64,000 nt of DNA from Lama glama (Eukaryota): the NCBI GenBank assembly GCA_028534125.1, contig CM052817.1, positions 43,588,001 to 43,652,000 on the forward strand, in the 5' to 3' direction. The position numbers and the translations under genes are program-made. Within the stretch, counting starts at the first letter, position 1. Each line of letters opens with the position of its first letter. Positions 13,650 to 26,529 of this stretch are shown in pieces. A model generated the notes under the pieces. That model saw only the letters and a program-made list of their open reading frames with translations. It did not search any database and was not told the DNA's origin.

Positions 13650-13818
13650 CATAGCATAGGGAACTATATTCAATATCTTGTAGTAACTTACAGTGAAAAA
13701 GAATATGAAAAAAAATATATGTATGTTCATATATGACTGAACTATTATGCTACACACCAGAAATTGACACAACATTGTAAACTGACTATATGCTTCAATA
13801 ATAAAATATATAAACAAA
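13650..13818 (+). mobile_element. Young L1 3'-terminal fragment (about 170 bp)
   Basis: 'atagcatagggaactatattcaatatcttgta...acaccagaaattgacacaacattgtaaactgactata' plus an A-rich tail. Perfect TSD AAAAGTAAATC (13639-13649, 13819-13829). Confidence 0.92.
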
Positions 13819-15268
13819 AAAAGTAAATCAGACCAGATATTAGGCTCAAGGGTTTGGAAAGAAGCCAAGTACATATATTACTGTAATACAAGTTAGCATA
13901 AAATATACAAATAAAAATTCTGCAGGAGTTTAGACATATTTAGAAGCTGGGAGGGGTGACAGGATAAAAAGAAGGAGAAAACAGAAAAGTGATGGCATGA
14001 TACACTGCGAGCTTTTACTCATGGAAGACAGCCACCAAACTAAGACCTCCTTGCTATTTTTATATTTAGTTGCCACCAGAAAAGTAATTAATCAGAGCAC
14101 AATTTTGAGATAGTATATAGGGAAATCACCAAAGAATAGGATTGCAACACTGTTTGTATAGTAATTTGAGTCACTTCGCATATTGCTGCTCTGGTCTGGC
14201 TGACAAACTTGAGATGATAAAAAAATGCTAAGTTTGTCTTTAAAAACTACATCTATATAAAGAGACAGGGCAATAGCCCACGTAGGTCCTGACCCAGCAA
14301 ATGCGAATAAGGCTCACGGATTCAGACTTAGTACACTGGCTCCAAATTAATATAGACTTCCACATAGTTCACAAGTGACAAGTTTTATGATAAATAGAGT
14401 ACTTCAATAAAAATGCTATTAAATATATGTGAAGCCTTGAACAGATGGCATTTATAATAGATATTCCTGATAACTGATCACCATTTAGTATTCTCTGCCC
14501 AGGCTCACATCAAGGTTTCATGATTCTAGAAGGTGAAAAAAAACTGAGCAAGACCTTAATTTCCCAAACAGTCTGTCAAACAGCTGTTTCTCACTGCTCT
14601 ATAAAATCAGCCATTCATCACAACTGTTTTTTAGGAGAGGTAAAATAAAATGTGTATTTGAATCTTGTGCAAGTTGAACGAGAGGTTACTAATTTCCTGA
14701 CCTATTTATTTTTAAAACCCCCAACTTTCCAATGTTACTGAAGAGCTATATGTCTTACACAGATCATCTTTTCCCATGCACAGCTGTAGAATGTTTAACT
14801 TTGGGGTTAAGACCCTTTTGGAGTCATGAGGCTCAAGAAAGCAACTAGGATCAGCAGGTTAATAGGATAGGGTCAGAAAAGGGGATAGCCTCAAAGGGAA
14901 CCATGCAAATATTTTGAACAGAAAATTCCAAATAAGGCATTGACTTGAGATGTGGGTCATCAGGACAGAGCAAGGGAATCCGAGAATGAAGACATGGAAA
15001 TAAACAGATAAGAGTCTAAAATCAAGCGTGGACGATTTTCAAGAAGTGGGCAAATTATACTTATTTATTATTAGCCTAGGTTTCAGAGATTTTGCTTGTC
15101 CTGATCTGCTTTCAATGTAGGTATATTTAAATGCTAACTAAACTTATGCATGTTCTAAAATTAGGACTGTATGACAATCAACCAATCAGCAATGCAAGGC
15201 ACCTGGTCACAACTTGTTGGGGCACATTTTCTAACAATCAAGAAAAGCAAATAACTTTATTGGACTAA

Positions 15269-15270
<2 letters not shown>

Positions 15271-15299
<29 letters not shown>
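15271..15299. repeat. (CA)n microsatellite
   Basis: Read directly from the sequence. Confidence 0.95.
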
Positions 15300-15850
15300 T
15301 CATATACAAACCTCCTCTAAAACTAATACCCTGAGGTTAAAAACAAAGACCTCTGAAGTGGAAAAAAAAAAAAATCCAGAAACCTAGAGACTAAAGCACC
15401 ACCTGCAAGTTTATTCAAAAAGGCTAGCAACCAACTTGCAATCTATAAACCCTGGCACAAATACATCCCATCTAGATTCTGTAAGACAATAATCTTAATA
15501 AATCAAGTTTACTTTAACAAAGCTCAAGCCAATAAAAGAGCTACATACTATAAACCACTTCAATCGGTTGACCGTGCTTCACTTTACCAGCACTCTGCTA
15601 AATGACACTCACTGACACAGCCCCTAACATAGCCTACACAAGATCCACCAGGAGCTCTGCAAATAACTGTTGACCAACTGATGGGTTATGTTAACTCTGT
15701 AAGTATTGGCCTGGTCATCACATTTTGAAAAGTGATCATTCTTCTAGAGGCAACGTGGTAGGCAATCCTGGGATTGAATACCAGGGCACCATTTACCAAC
15801 TGCATGATCCAAGATAAATTACTTGACCTGTGTTTGCTAAAAAATGAAGA

Positions 15851-16363
15851 TGTCATGTTTATTTTTAATGTCAACTCAGTGAGGCTAAACTATGAGGATG
15901 GAAGGGAAGGCAAAGCCATTTGTAGCACACACAGACTTTGTCCTGGTTACTTGGTCAAACATTAATCTAGGTGTTGCTGTGAGGGGATTTTGCAGATGTA
16001 ATTAAAGTCCCTAATCAGTTGACTTTGAGCTAGAGACATCATCTTCAGTGGGCCTGGCCTAATCAGGTGAGCCTTTAAAAGGGACTGGGCTCTTCCTGGT
16101 CAATGAGACACCAAACAGCAGCTGAGTCTACAACTGATCTCACCTTCTCTGAATTTTCTCTTCCTGACTGCCTGCAGATAATAGCTTCAGCCTATGCCCA
16201 GGGTTTCCAGACTGCCCTTGATCTTCCTTTCCTAAGTGCCTGTTTTATGGATACAGACTTTCTTAGCCAGCCCCCACATTCATGCAGGCCAATTCATTGT
16301 AATAAATCTCTTAATTTTATTCTCCTATTGGTTGTGTTTTCTCCAGTGAATGCTGACTGATAT
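15851..16363 (+). mobile_element. ERVL solo LTR, MLT2 family
   Basis: 'ggtcaaacattaatctaggtgttgctgtgagg...taatcagttgacttt...gccaattcattgtaataaatctc...tgactgata'. Confidence 0.82.
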
Positions 16364-16434
16364 GGGGGTTAACTATATGAATTCTACAGGCTTATTATTA
16401 GGATTAAATGTGATAGTTTAAAAAGTGCCTAGAG

Positions 16435-16590
16435 CAGAGCCTCTTAAACTCTACTGTGAGTACAAATCACCTGGGATTCAGATTTCAAGGCAGCAGGTCT
16501 GAGGTGGGGCCCAAGGGCCTGCATTCCTAACATGCTCCCAGTGGATGCTAACACTACTGGTCAATGGACACAGTCTGACTAGCAAGAGCC
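16435..16590. mobile_element. MER5A-like hAT-Charlie element
   Basis: 'aaatcacctggga...ggtctgaggtggggcccaag..ctgcattcctaaca.gctcccag'. Flanks share CCTAGA. Confidence 0.8.
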
Positions 16591-17339
16591 ATCCTAGAAC
16601 ATAATATGCAGTAAATAAATGCTTCTTTGCTTTCCCCACATGACCTCTTTGCTCTTATAATTTTCATATTTCTGTTGGTTTGTTTCTACTTTTTAATTAA
16701 TTAATGCATTTCAAATAGATAACGCACTGACCACTTTCTAGAGCTCTGAATGGTTATAATATATAAATATAAACATAAACATAATATATAAATATATTTT
16801 AAATATAATATAAAAAGCCACAAGGAGAGTAAAAACAGACCCAAAAAAAGATAGCAAATACTAAATAATGCCCTCCTGTAGCTCATGCACAAAACTAGAG
16901 ACTACACACAGAAGCCTCCACTGTTATAACCCAATTGCTAGAAGACACACTTTAACACCAAAACTAAAGAGATCATTTGAACAGTAGAGCAAGGCATGGC
17001 CACTATTTATAGGGTCCAAAACAGAATGTAGTCAAATACCAGCAGAGAAACGATGCAATATGCTCTCTGGGAATGTTCAGTGAGCACATTCCTCACTGAT
17101 CTTGCTGGAAAGTGGACCACCGCTATCTCAGTGTGGTCTGGTTTCAGGGGAAGCCAAAGCAACTCCTGTGCAGACACCAATACTTCCCTCTCTCCCCTTA
17201 TCTGGTGACTGTTAATATTCTATGATAACATCTACCTTCTTATGGTTTAAGGCTTTGCTCCCTTGGGAATAAAAATACCCTTGGGGAAAAAGAGAGTTGT
17301 GACCTTCAGAAACTGTGAGGTCTGTGTCCACATCCACAC

Positions 17340-18375
17340 CCACCATTCAATCTGCTGCTCTCATCAGCCCAGGGAACAGCACCTACTGAAGAAGTCAATG
17401 ACCTCCCTAGGCCAAACCTAGTGACCGTGTGAGTCCGATTCTGGCTTGACCCCTCTGCCACTCCGGACATCATCAACCCCTGTCTTCACCTCTGTGACAT
17501 CTGCACCATTACTCTCTCCTGGTTGCCCTCCTATGTCTCCAGCGGCTCTAAGTCTCCTTTTGCAGCCCCTCCTCTCCTCCTGTGCACCTCTTCCAGGCTG
17601 AGCCCCTGTTTTTTCCTTCCCTTTCCCATCCATTCCTAAGGTCTTAATTGCTGCTGGTGATTCCCAAGTCACCTCCTTGCTGAGCTCCAGACCCACGTAG
17701 TTCTCTGCCTCCTGGGCATCTTAATTTAGATGTCCACAAGTCCCTCAGCTCAAAGTGACCCAAATCAAATTTATTGTCACTCTCTCTCAACCTGCTTTCC
17801 TCATGCCTTCTGTTTAGCTGAACAGCATCACCAACCACTCAGGGAAAAAACAGTAGGAGACCCGGGAGGGAATCCACTCTTTTTCTTTGCCTGGTTACCT
17901 CTTACTCATCTTCCAAGATCCAGATGCTGCCTTTTATGAACCCTTCTTTAATTTGCCCCCTCTGGGTAAACCTCTATCCTGTGTGCTCCCTATATAGACC
18001 TCCACGGCGGCACTTGTCACATAGTACTAGAATTGGAAAAAGCAACAACTTGGTTGCCCCTGTTATGTATTCTCACGGTGCCCTGAGCTTTTACTTCACA
18101 GCACTTCTTATGAATACAATTCTGTGACTGTTTGTACCATTATTAAATGTCTGTTTCCCCCACCAAGCTAAATATTTCATAACATTAGGAAATATCTATC
18201 TTGTTCCACACACTCACCAGCACACCCAGTGCCAGAGACACTGTAAATGCTCAAGTACCTTGTATCTCCTCCACTAGATGAGGAACCGTTTAAGAATAGA
18301 AACTGACTTTTATCTCTATATTCCTAGTGCTTAGCACATAGTAAGCACTTGATTAATGTTGGTTGGTTAAATAAG
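17340..18375 (+). mobile_element. L2 LINE fragments (ORF2 remnant and two 3' ends)
   Basis: 'gtcaatgacctcc..ggccaaacc', 'tgagctccagaccc', 'agatgtccacaag', and terminal 'cctagtgcttagcacatagtaagcacttgattaatgttggttg'. Confidence 0.8.
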
Positions 18376-19517
18376 TTAATATAAATACAGCTGTATCACC
18401 AGGAGTCAAAGAGCAAGCTTCATAGACACAAGATTGTTTGTTAATCAAATCTTTTGAGCCACATCTATCTATGGGTTCCCACTGCCACAGCATCCTTGCC
18501 CCAGACCCCTAGCCCCCAGCCCCCATGCCTCCCTGGGGCAGCTACTATTTACCAAGCCATCAGAGATGACGGTTATTTCCATTCGTCTCATAAGTGGCTG
18601 CCAGTTACGCACCTTGACTGCCTACAGACATACAAAAGGTGTCTCTTAGTAGTATCAGGATTTATTCTATCTTCAGAGATAAAAGCTAGTTCTCTGAGAC
18701 AAGTTATTTGGACTAAATGAGTATCTGGACTCTCCCCTGTATTTCCCTTCTCTGGATTTCTGTACACATAACATGTTCAAAGTTTATAGAGATGTCATTT
18801 TAAATCTTTTTCTGGAGCAGGGAAAGAATCACTTTTCAAAGCTGCACATTATAAACAGTTTTATGCAACTAAGGTTTTTAATGAAACACTTTCCGCTCAT
18901 TCGGGGAATTCCACTTTCTTTCATCCGAAGCCTGAGGAGACTGTGAGCAATGTCTCGGCATAACACGCCTCTCTACCTGCTGGCACTTGATATTAAAAAG
19001 AAGAGGCCACCACAGGTGCTTTCCCTGCAGAGAGCCAGATGTCAAGAAAAGGCCCCAAGGCAGGAAGAATGAGAGGAATGTAAATGACCCAAAAGGGGAC
19101 CCACCTTGATGATACACTTTCAGACAGTGAGAACAACGGTATTTTCTCAATCCAGCTCTGTGTCCTCGTTCTAAGTTACATTCTCAAGTTTTCTTTTGCT
19201 ATTGTCACAGCTGGAAAGCCAGAACAAGAATGAAAAAAGAACATGGCACCATTCTCTGCATTTCTATACAATTTACAAGTAAATGATAGGCCCCATTTGG
19301 TAGATGGGAAAAGTGAGGTATTGGAAAGTGTCTTGAGGATCAAATCCTGGGCAATTCCCCAGGAAATGTGCAGGCTAGGCGGCAAGCTCCACCCCCTCAA
19401 ACATTCTGCAGCGGCAGTGGGGAGGGGATGGGAACGACCTGTGAGCGAGTGCCTCCTGTGTAGCACACCCGTGTAGGTGCTCCACATAGAGTACCCTTTC
19501 AAACCTCCAAATAATCC

Positions 19518-19955
19518 GGTAGTGGGTTGAATAGGTCCTCCTCCTCCAAATTCATGTGGACCTGGAACCGCAGAATGGGGCCTCATTTGGAAACAGGGTC
19601 TTGGCAGATATAATTTATTACATTAAAATAAGGTAAAATGAGGGTAGACTCTAAATCCAATGACTGGCATCCTCATAAGAAGAGGTGAGGACACACAGAC
19701 ACACAGAGAGAAGACAGCCATGGGAAGACAGAGGCGGAGATTAAAGTGATGCTGCCACAAGCCAAGGAATGTCTGGAGCCACCACAGGCTGTAAGAGGCA
19801 ATAAAGGTTCCCTCTAGAGCCTTCAGAGGGAGGCTGGCGCTGCCAATACCCGAATTTCAGACTTCTGGCCTCAGCACTGTGAAAGAATACATTTCTGCTG
19901 TTTTAAGCCACCCATTTGTGGAAATTTTTTATGGTAGCCCTAGGAAACTAATACA
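19518..19955 (+). mobile_element. MaLR solo LTR, MLT1C-like, inserted in a MIR
   Basis: Perfect 5-bp TSD AATCC (19513-19517, 19956-19960). Internal 'ccacaagccaaggaatg...ctctagagccttcagaggga...ccctaggaaactaataca'. Confidence 0.93.
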
Positions 19956-20489
19956 AATCCTCAAAAGGAGGCGTCATCATTGTCATTTTACTGAGGACCA
20001 AGGACACTGGGTAACCTTTACACAGGAAGCAACAAGCCAGGTTCAGTCCAATACCCATCTACATGGGGGGAAGGGTGGAAAGGTCGGGGGGACACCCCAA
20101 AGGAAGAAGGTGTGAGGGATGGAGAGGAGGCTGAATTTCTTAACCTTTAGTGATAATGGACTAAGAGTTGAGAGGTGCTTGAAACATGATCTCAAGCGTA
20201 GTTGGAAGATGCTCTTCCCATAAGAGCTGCCCCTGAAGCACACAGCCCAGAAGTTGTGATTCAGGACCCAGAAGCTCCCAACTGATCTCACCTATGGACA
20301 GTTGACTGTTTTTGCTTTAATAAAAGGACAGTTTTAAACTAAACAGATATAGCAAGAGAATACTAAGCATCAACCGGTATCCCCAACCACCTGTTGGCTC
20401 TTATTTCTAGTGGCTCATGATCTGCCATGGCCATACTCAGCTTTTAAGGTTGCACTATGGGCCATTGACAATGTTTATTTCTTCCTCTT

Positions 20490-20730
20490 AAAAACTTTAA
20501 AGTATTTCAAATATGCTGAAAAGTATGCAGAATAACACAGATACCCACGTACCAACATGGGTAGCTTCAACAGTCTTTCACATTTGGGCACATTTATTTC
20601 AGTCTCTTAATTTTTATTTTAAACCATGTCCCTTCTTTTGATGAATATTAAAAATATTAACATCATTCTTTGTCTCCTTCTCTCCCCTTTGAGGTTCTAA
20701 TCTACTCCCACTATGGAGGTGTGCAACCTC
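20490..20730 (-). mobile_element. Old L1 (L1ME/L1MC-type) 3' UTR fragment
   Basis: 'tatttcaaatatgctgaaaagtatgcagaataa...acccacgtacca' resembles the antisense 3' end of an old L1. Confidence 0.5.
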
Positions 20731-20749
20731 CTGACTGACAACTGTTGGA

Positions 20750-21492
20750 ACAGACATAATGAACGTTGGTTTCAGCAAAGCATGACAAAGGTCCCCCATG
20801 ATGTCTTGATGGGTAGATAAGATGACCAGAACTAAGAGTAGGTTGAATGATGGTACCCACTGATGTGAGTTAATTGATTGGTCTCAATCTGGACAAGGCT
20901 TCTTACTGATATACTGAAGGGCCCTTCCCTGGTTCCTGTCCTATTTAACATTTTAACCCACAATTTGGATGTAGTCTTAGAAGTATGGCAGTTCAACCTC
21001 TACTCAACACATTTCATTCTGTCTTGTGTTTGGTAAGTGTTTAAATTCCTCTTCCCCACTACATTGTAAGCTTAGTAGGTGTACCCTCTTAGATCCTGGA
21101 CCAAGGACCTTGCATGTAGCCGGGGGTTCAACAGATGTTTGTTGAATTAAATAGCATTATATAAGGATAGGTTGCAGAAACTGGGAAGTGTAGCCCGGAA
21201 GTGAAAAGGTATTAGGAGAACTGATGGCTGTCTTCACACATTTGAAGGATGATACAATTTAAGCTATGTAGCTCTGAGGGGAAACATTGGAACAACTGGT
21301 GAAAGGAAACTGTGAGTTGGTTTCTGGCCAGTATAAGGAAGCTCTTTCTAACAATTACATCTGATGGCAAAGGGAATGGGCTAAGTTTCAAGTCCTCCCA
21401 GTGATGATTGCAGAGGGCACTTTAGAAAGACTCCTGCTCTGAGAAAAAGATAAACTGGGTACACTCCTCTAAGTCCAAGATCTTATGATACT
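20750..21492 (+). mobile_element. L3/CR1 LINE remnant (RT region plus 3' end), with a small L2 piece inside
   Basis: 'ggtttcagcaaagcatgacaaaggtcccccatga' and 'tggttcctgtcctatttaacatttt...ttggatg' are degenerate CR1 RT motifs. The 3' part includes 'gctgtcttcacacatttgaagg' and 'ataaggaagctctttctaaca'. Confidence 0.75.
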
Positions 21493-21829
21493 CCAGGCTT
21501 CCTAATTTTCAGTCCTTTTTCTTAAATTACCAATTTTCATAAACATTGATTAATAAGTAATGAAATCTCACATTAAGAAGATACCTGCAAAAGAAAAATT
21601 ACTTTGTTTCTGAACTAGGGTAAAACTGAACTATAGTTATTACCCTTAACATGGTTGGAGTCAACATAAAAATTCCCTGGGTGGCCAATGAAACATTTGA
21701 CTTTCAATTCACTAATATCTGAGTGGCTGAAGTCTTGATCTTATTGATTTGCAAAATGACACCCACCAAGAGACAGTAAGCTAGCATCTCTCAGGGGTGT
21801 AAATAAGCGGCATGCTTGAGAGGCCATGT

Positions 21830-22265
21830 GCCGGGTGACTTCCATTTACCCCCCGTCTCAGCCACAGCAGGTGGCCTGTCTGAGAGAGGGCTTCCAGTAG
21901 GATTTGGCTGAAAGTGAGGCCCAGCAGAAGATCAGAAGGGTGAAGAATGAGGTTATTTATTCCCCTGCCTCCTTCCCTGAGCATCAATATGTGTCCACAT
22001 CACTCATTTGAAGAACACAGTTTCTCTAAGGCAACCCTCTCCACCAGCCAGCTCTGCCTCCAGTTCTAATCACGGCTCCCTCCTCTGGCCCTTTCAGAGG
22101 ATTAATATTGGCTCTCTGCTCTAACTAGCTCTGGGGCACTGCACCATCCTTGGGGTTTCCTTAAACCACGTTCGAGTCTCATCTTTGAAAAAAGAGTCCC
22201 TTAATCTCTCCTCAGAATACCTAATTTAAGTGCAGTCTGTTTCCTGCAAAAGCCCTGACTGACAC
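21830..22265 (+). mobile_element. ERVL LTR, LTR41-like
   Basis: 3' end 'agtcccttaatctctcctcagaatacctaatttaagtgcagtctgtttcctgc...ccctgactgacaca' resembles LTR41. Left boundary uncertain. Confidence 0.65.
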
Positions 22266-22579
22266 AGCCAGAGACCAGTCAAGACCAACTCACTGAAGGC
22301 TGGGCCCCATGGCAGAGTGAGCGTGTCCCTCCTCACCAAGGCACACAAGCGGGAGGAGCTGCCACCTCTGCACTAGTCAAGAGGCTCCTCCAGTCCCTCA
22401 GCAGATGAAAGTTTTTTTGTTCAAGTTCAGAGGAAAATAATCTTCATTCTATCTTATCAGATTTGAGCAAGAAGCCACATGGCATGAAAAGAAGGATGAC
22501 ATTATTTTCTGACTGATATCAGAAATGCCTCCATCTTTTCAAGCTTCAAGTTTGGATCACTTAAGGTTTAAGCTATAAG

Positions 22580-23188
22580 TGAGACAGGAGGGAAGGGGGC
22601 AGAACACAGCCATTAAAGGAATGACACAGCAGTTAGCACCAAGAGGAGGAGAATTCAAATCCCAATAGATCTGGAACCCAAGACGTGGGAGATTCGACCT
22701 CCAGTGGACCTTGAGCTTCATTATGCACAGTGTAATGTACTAGCACAGTGAATGACACACCCACAGGCGCCATGACAGTTCAGAAGCTAACCACGAAAGG
22801 TCAAAGAGAGGGTAGTGGCTTAATTCCTGGGAATCCCCACCCCTTCCCCAAAGCAGTTGGAATAATCCTCTCACTTGTTAGCATATAAAAACTAGCAACA
22901 CCGCACCTCATGGTTGCTCTCCTCTCTCTTGCCTTCCAAGACAGCCCACACTCTGTCTATGGAGTGTGTATCTACTTATACTTTAATCACCACCATCACA
23001 CCTTCCCCACTGCCAACCCCATGTACATCTCTCTAAATAAACCTACTTTTACTCAACTATGGCTCACTCTAGAACTCTTTCCTGTGCGAAGCCAAGGACC
23101 CTTACTTGGTGGAGCATGTCCCAGAGAATCATCTGGGACCTGTGACGCAGCCATCCTGTCTCATTGCCCGCACCTTTTTCCTGTATCA
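22580..23188 (+). mobile_element. ERV1 solo LTR, MER41-like
   Basis: TG...CA termini with near-TSD TAAG/CAAG. MER41 hallmarks 'gcgccatgacagtt', 'gaataatcc..tcacttgttagcatat', 'ctctgtctatggagt'. TATAAAA at 22884-22890 and AATAAA at 23036-23041. Confidence 0.85.
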
Positions 23189-23417
23189 CAAGGACCTGCC
23201 TTCCTAGTCTGATATGTCCAATATCCAATCTGCCGTTTCTTCTTGGTCCCTATTTGGCCTAAAATTCTTTTGTGATGGGCACATAAGACCGGTGTGGCCT
23301 CAAGAAAGACAATACTACAATATGACAATGCTGAAAGGTACCAAAGGAGGAAAAGGATATGTGTTTGAGGAAAGGATACAGAGGAGAACAAATCTCTGTC
23401 TATCTGTCTCTCCCTTT

Positions 23418-23442
<25 letters not shown>
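23418..23442. repeat. (CA)n microsatellite
   Basis: Read directly from the sequence. Confidence 0.95.
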
Positions 23443-23449
<7 letters not shown>

Positions 23450-23494
23450 CACTTGCTCTCTCTCACTCTTTTTTTCTCTCATTAACTCTTTGTT

Positions 23495-23705
23495 AGGACA
23501 GCAGAGCTAGCTAGCTGTTCAAATCCTGGTGCTAGCATTTACTAGCCAATGGCCTTGGAGGCACCGCTTAGCCTCTCCATCCTCAGTTTCGCCAGCTGTA
23601 AAACAGAGATGATTGTTTCTACCTTGAGAGGGTATGGAGAGATTAAATGAGATAGAATGTTTAGCATTACACACAGTTAGCGTTTAGTGAATGTTAAGTA
23701 TTATC
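23495..23705 (+). mobile_element. MIR SINE
   Basis: 'ttcaaatcctgg...cctcagtttc..cagctgtaaaacagagatgat...gagattaaatgagata'. Confidence 0.85.
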
Positions 23706-26529
23706 ACAGACAAATGTTATCGGCTTAGGTTTCTCCTTGAAGGTTCTAAGAGCCTCCATTTGTGGACATGTGCTACCTGAGTAATAAATTTGTCCACATG
23801 AGGGATGTCAAAGGAGAGAGGAGGAAATAGTGTGATACTCAGGAGGGCAGAACAGGGGAAGGCAGACTCCAAGGGCAGAACAACATAAAGGAACACGCTC
23901 ACCACCCGGGCACAGAAGGTGTGTAGAGCACCTTACCCAGTGGCAGGCAACACAGTAGGAGTTTAATGGAGCCAAGAGTACTAGTTCTAAAAGAGCCAAA
24001 AGGGAGGACCACCCCTCCACCAAAAACAGCCTCCAGGCAACGGGATAGGGGGCCAGAAGCCTACTGGGCAGTGTCAGGATGGGGCCAGAGGAGAGGAGTC
24101 AGCCTGCATTTGCAGGAAGCAGCAAAGGCTGATTTCACCTAGTTCATCTTTCTGCCTAGAACCAAGCCTGCTGAGATCCAATAATGAAAATCTTCACAGC
24201 ACATTACCGAATACGGTAATGCCTTTCTGTCTCAATAATACTGCAGCCTGGGCATGAGTGTAATGCATTATTTGTACGTAGCTAGGAGAAAATTCAGTGA
24301 TTTACATTTAGGGTTCATATTTTGTTTCCGGATGAAAACATCCATTCCAACAGTTCCTACATAGGTGTTCCCACTTCAAGCAAGTGACTCAAGCTTTAGA
24401 CTGTGTTCTCTTGCCTGAGACTTCTGACCCAATTCAGCTTTCCATCTTACTGGACTGAAGAGAGGTTAAAGATTTATAATCCTGTCATTTTATCCCCAAG
24501 ACAAATCATATTCCAGGCTACTTTAATGCCTGAAGAGGACCAATACTAGTCAGCCAAATACTTGCTTATCTTAATCGTTAGACAACTGGTATGCTCAGCA
24601 TTTTTGAGACAGGTGAATGGACACACCTCCTCCATCTTTTCCTTCCCTTCCATATGGGTTACACCCAAGATAGATAACCACTCCCGGTTACAGGAGAACA
24701 ACAGGTCTGGCAGTGGAAGGAGTTATGGGGGTGGGGGTAAGGTGTGCACAGACTGTGCTTTTGCTGCCACCATCCGCAGAAAGTGTGACTGTCCATCAAT
24801 CTGTCTCCTCAGTATCTTCTCTGCAGACACATAATCCTCTTGTACATTTAAATGATATTCACGTCTTTGTTCAGCAGGTCTCATAAACATACCAAATATG
24901 GAAGAGATGCATTAACATAGGCATGCTTGCCAGGCCCTAAATTACCAATAAGGTAGTTTATGTGACCTAAATGGACCATGATTTCTTGTCATGGAGAACA
25001 TGAGCCAACACATTTCCAAGTGGAAGTGGTGAACGCAGCAAGATTCAATTCACAGAGAGCTCCTGGGACACACGAAGCTCATTCAGAGACTAAGCATTAG
25101 AGACTGGTCCTAAAAATAAAAGAACTAGCTATTCCGATCTCACAGATGCAGCTGTGTGTTTAGCTGAAACACGGGAGGCACAGCAGACACCGAGGGACGT
25201 GGTAATCAAGAGATAGTCACGTAGCGTCCAGTTATGCCATCTGCACAATGAAGCTGAATGTACACAGTAACTGATCATCAGTGGTAGTACAATTATTAAG
25301 TACGTTGACAATAACAGTGTAATGCAAATAGAAATGTTTTTTATTACTTCAACCGGCCGGTCTTTTTAATCCATGATGACTCTCCAAAGCAATGTTTTAA
25401 AGGAGGAGCACTTTTTCCATAGCTTCCCGATAAGAAATGCAAATGGTCTTGAAAAATCAAATTGTTTCCTCCATCAGGATCTGTTGGTGCTCATCAGTAA
25501 TCAGTAAACCCAGTCCCGACTTTCTGCACTTTACAAAGGTGTGGGTTAAGAATGAGTAGTAATGAAGTATGTGACTAGAGTCAAAACATTCCCACTAAAG
25601 GTATAATTGCAAGAGCTGTACTAGTTTTCAGTTTCAATTCTAGTTGCTTCCTGTGTTCCGAGACACGCTCGCTCGTGGGGATGGGATTGTGGGAGCTTCC
25701 CAGTGGTTATAAAGGATGACAGATTATAAAGGGAGGGGCCCTGGGAATAGAGACTGGACTCCATTTCCCCACAGCACCTCTGGAGAGAACAAGACTCTTC
25801 TAGAGAGGAGTGGCTTTGTGTTCACGGTGTCCTAGGCAGAGGGGGCCACGGACAGTCCCAGGATAGGTGCCCATGATTTAAGGAGACAGCAGGAGCTGCT
25901 GAGGACTCCTAAACCCAAGGAGCCTTGAGGAGCAGTGAGGAGAGGGTGAGAGATATCTCTTGGCAACTGGTTTTGACTCAAGACAGAGACAAACCAACTC
26001 CTTGGAAAACCTGAGGAGAACTGGAAGGTGGTGACAAAATTCCAGGAAGACGAAAGAACATATCAGAAGGACTTAGGGTACAGTCGTTCTGTCCCTCTGA
26101 CAGCATGGAGTCTCAACATCATCAATTGACTACAATACAGAACAGAAAGTCAGTATTTCTAGCACTCTTCAGTTTGGACCAATATTTGCACCCATCTTCT
26201 AAATTAACATTTCACAACTCACTTCTGTTGGTTGGCTGTTGTGGATAAAATACTGCCGCCAACACAGAGGCCACAAAGGCCTTATTTTTTATCATATGGT
26301 CACCTCTAAATTCAATCCAAAATTATGATCCTCTGATAAAAAGGATAGTTTTCAAATATAAAGGGGCCCCAAAGAGCTTTTCAATCAAGAACTTCACAAA
26401 AGCATCTCAGTGGACTAATGTTTTTAGGCTAATAAAATTAATGGAAACAGGAAATTTTTTCAAATGGTGATATTAAATAGAACTTAACTTTCCTTGTATG
26501 ATCCATTCAATTAAAACAAATAACTACAT

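Larger units (their letters stand above)
15745..16625 (+). mobile_element. MIR SINE split by MLT2 and MER5A insertions
   Basis: MIR 5' part at 15745-15850. It resumes at 16364 ('aggattaaatgtgata...aaagtgcctag') and again after 16590. Confidence 0.6.

Noticed and set aside
18977..19024. 48-nt minus-strand segment with ctgcag| and CAG|gtagag
   Set aside because: Mediocre donor, and it introduces a stop if joined to the upstream candidate chain. Insufficient support.
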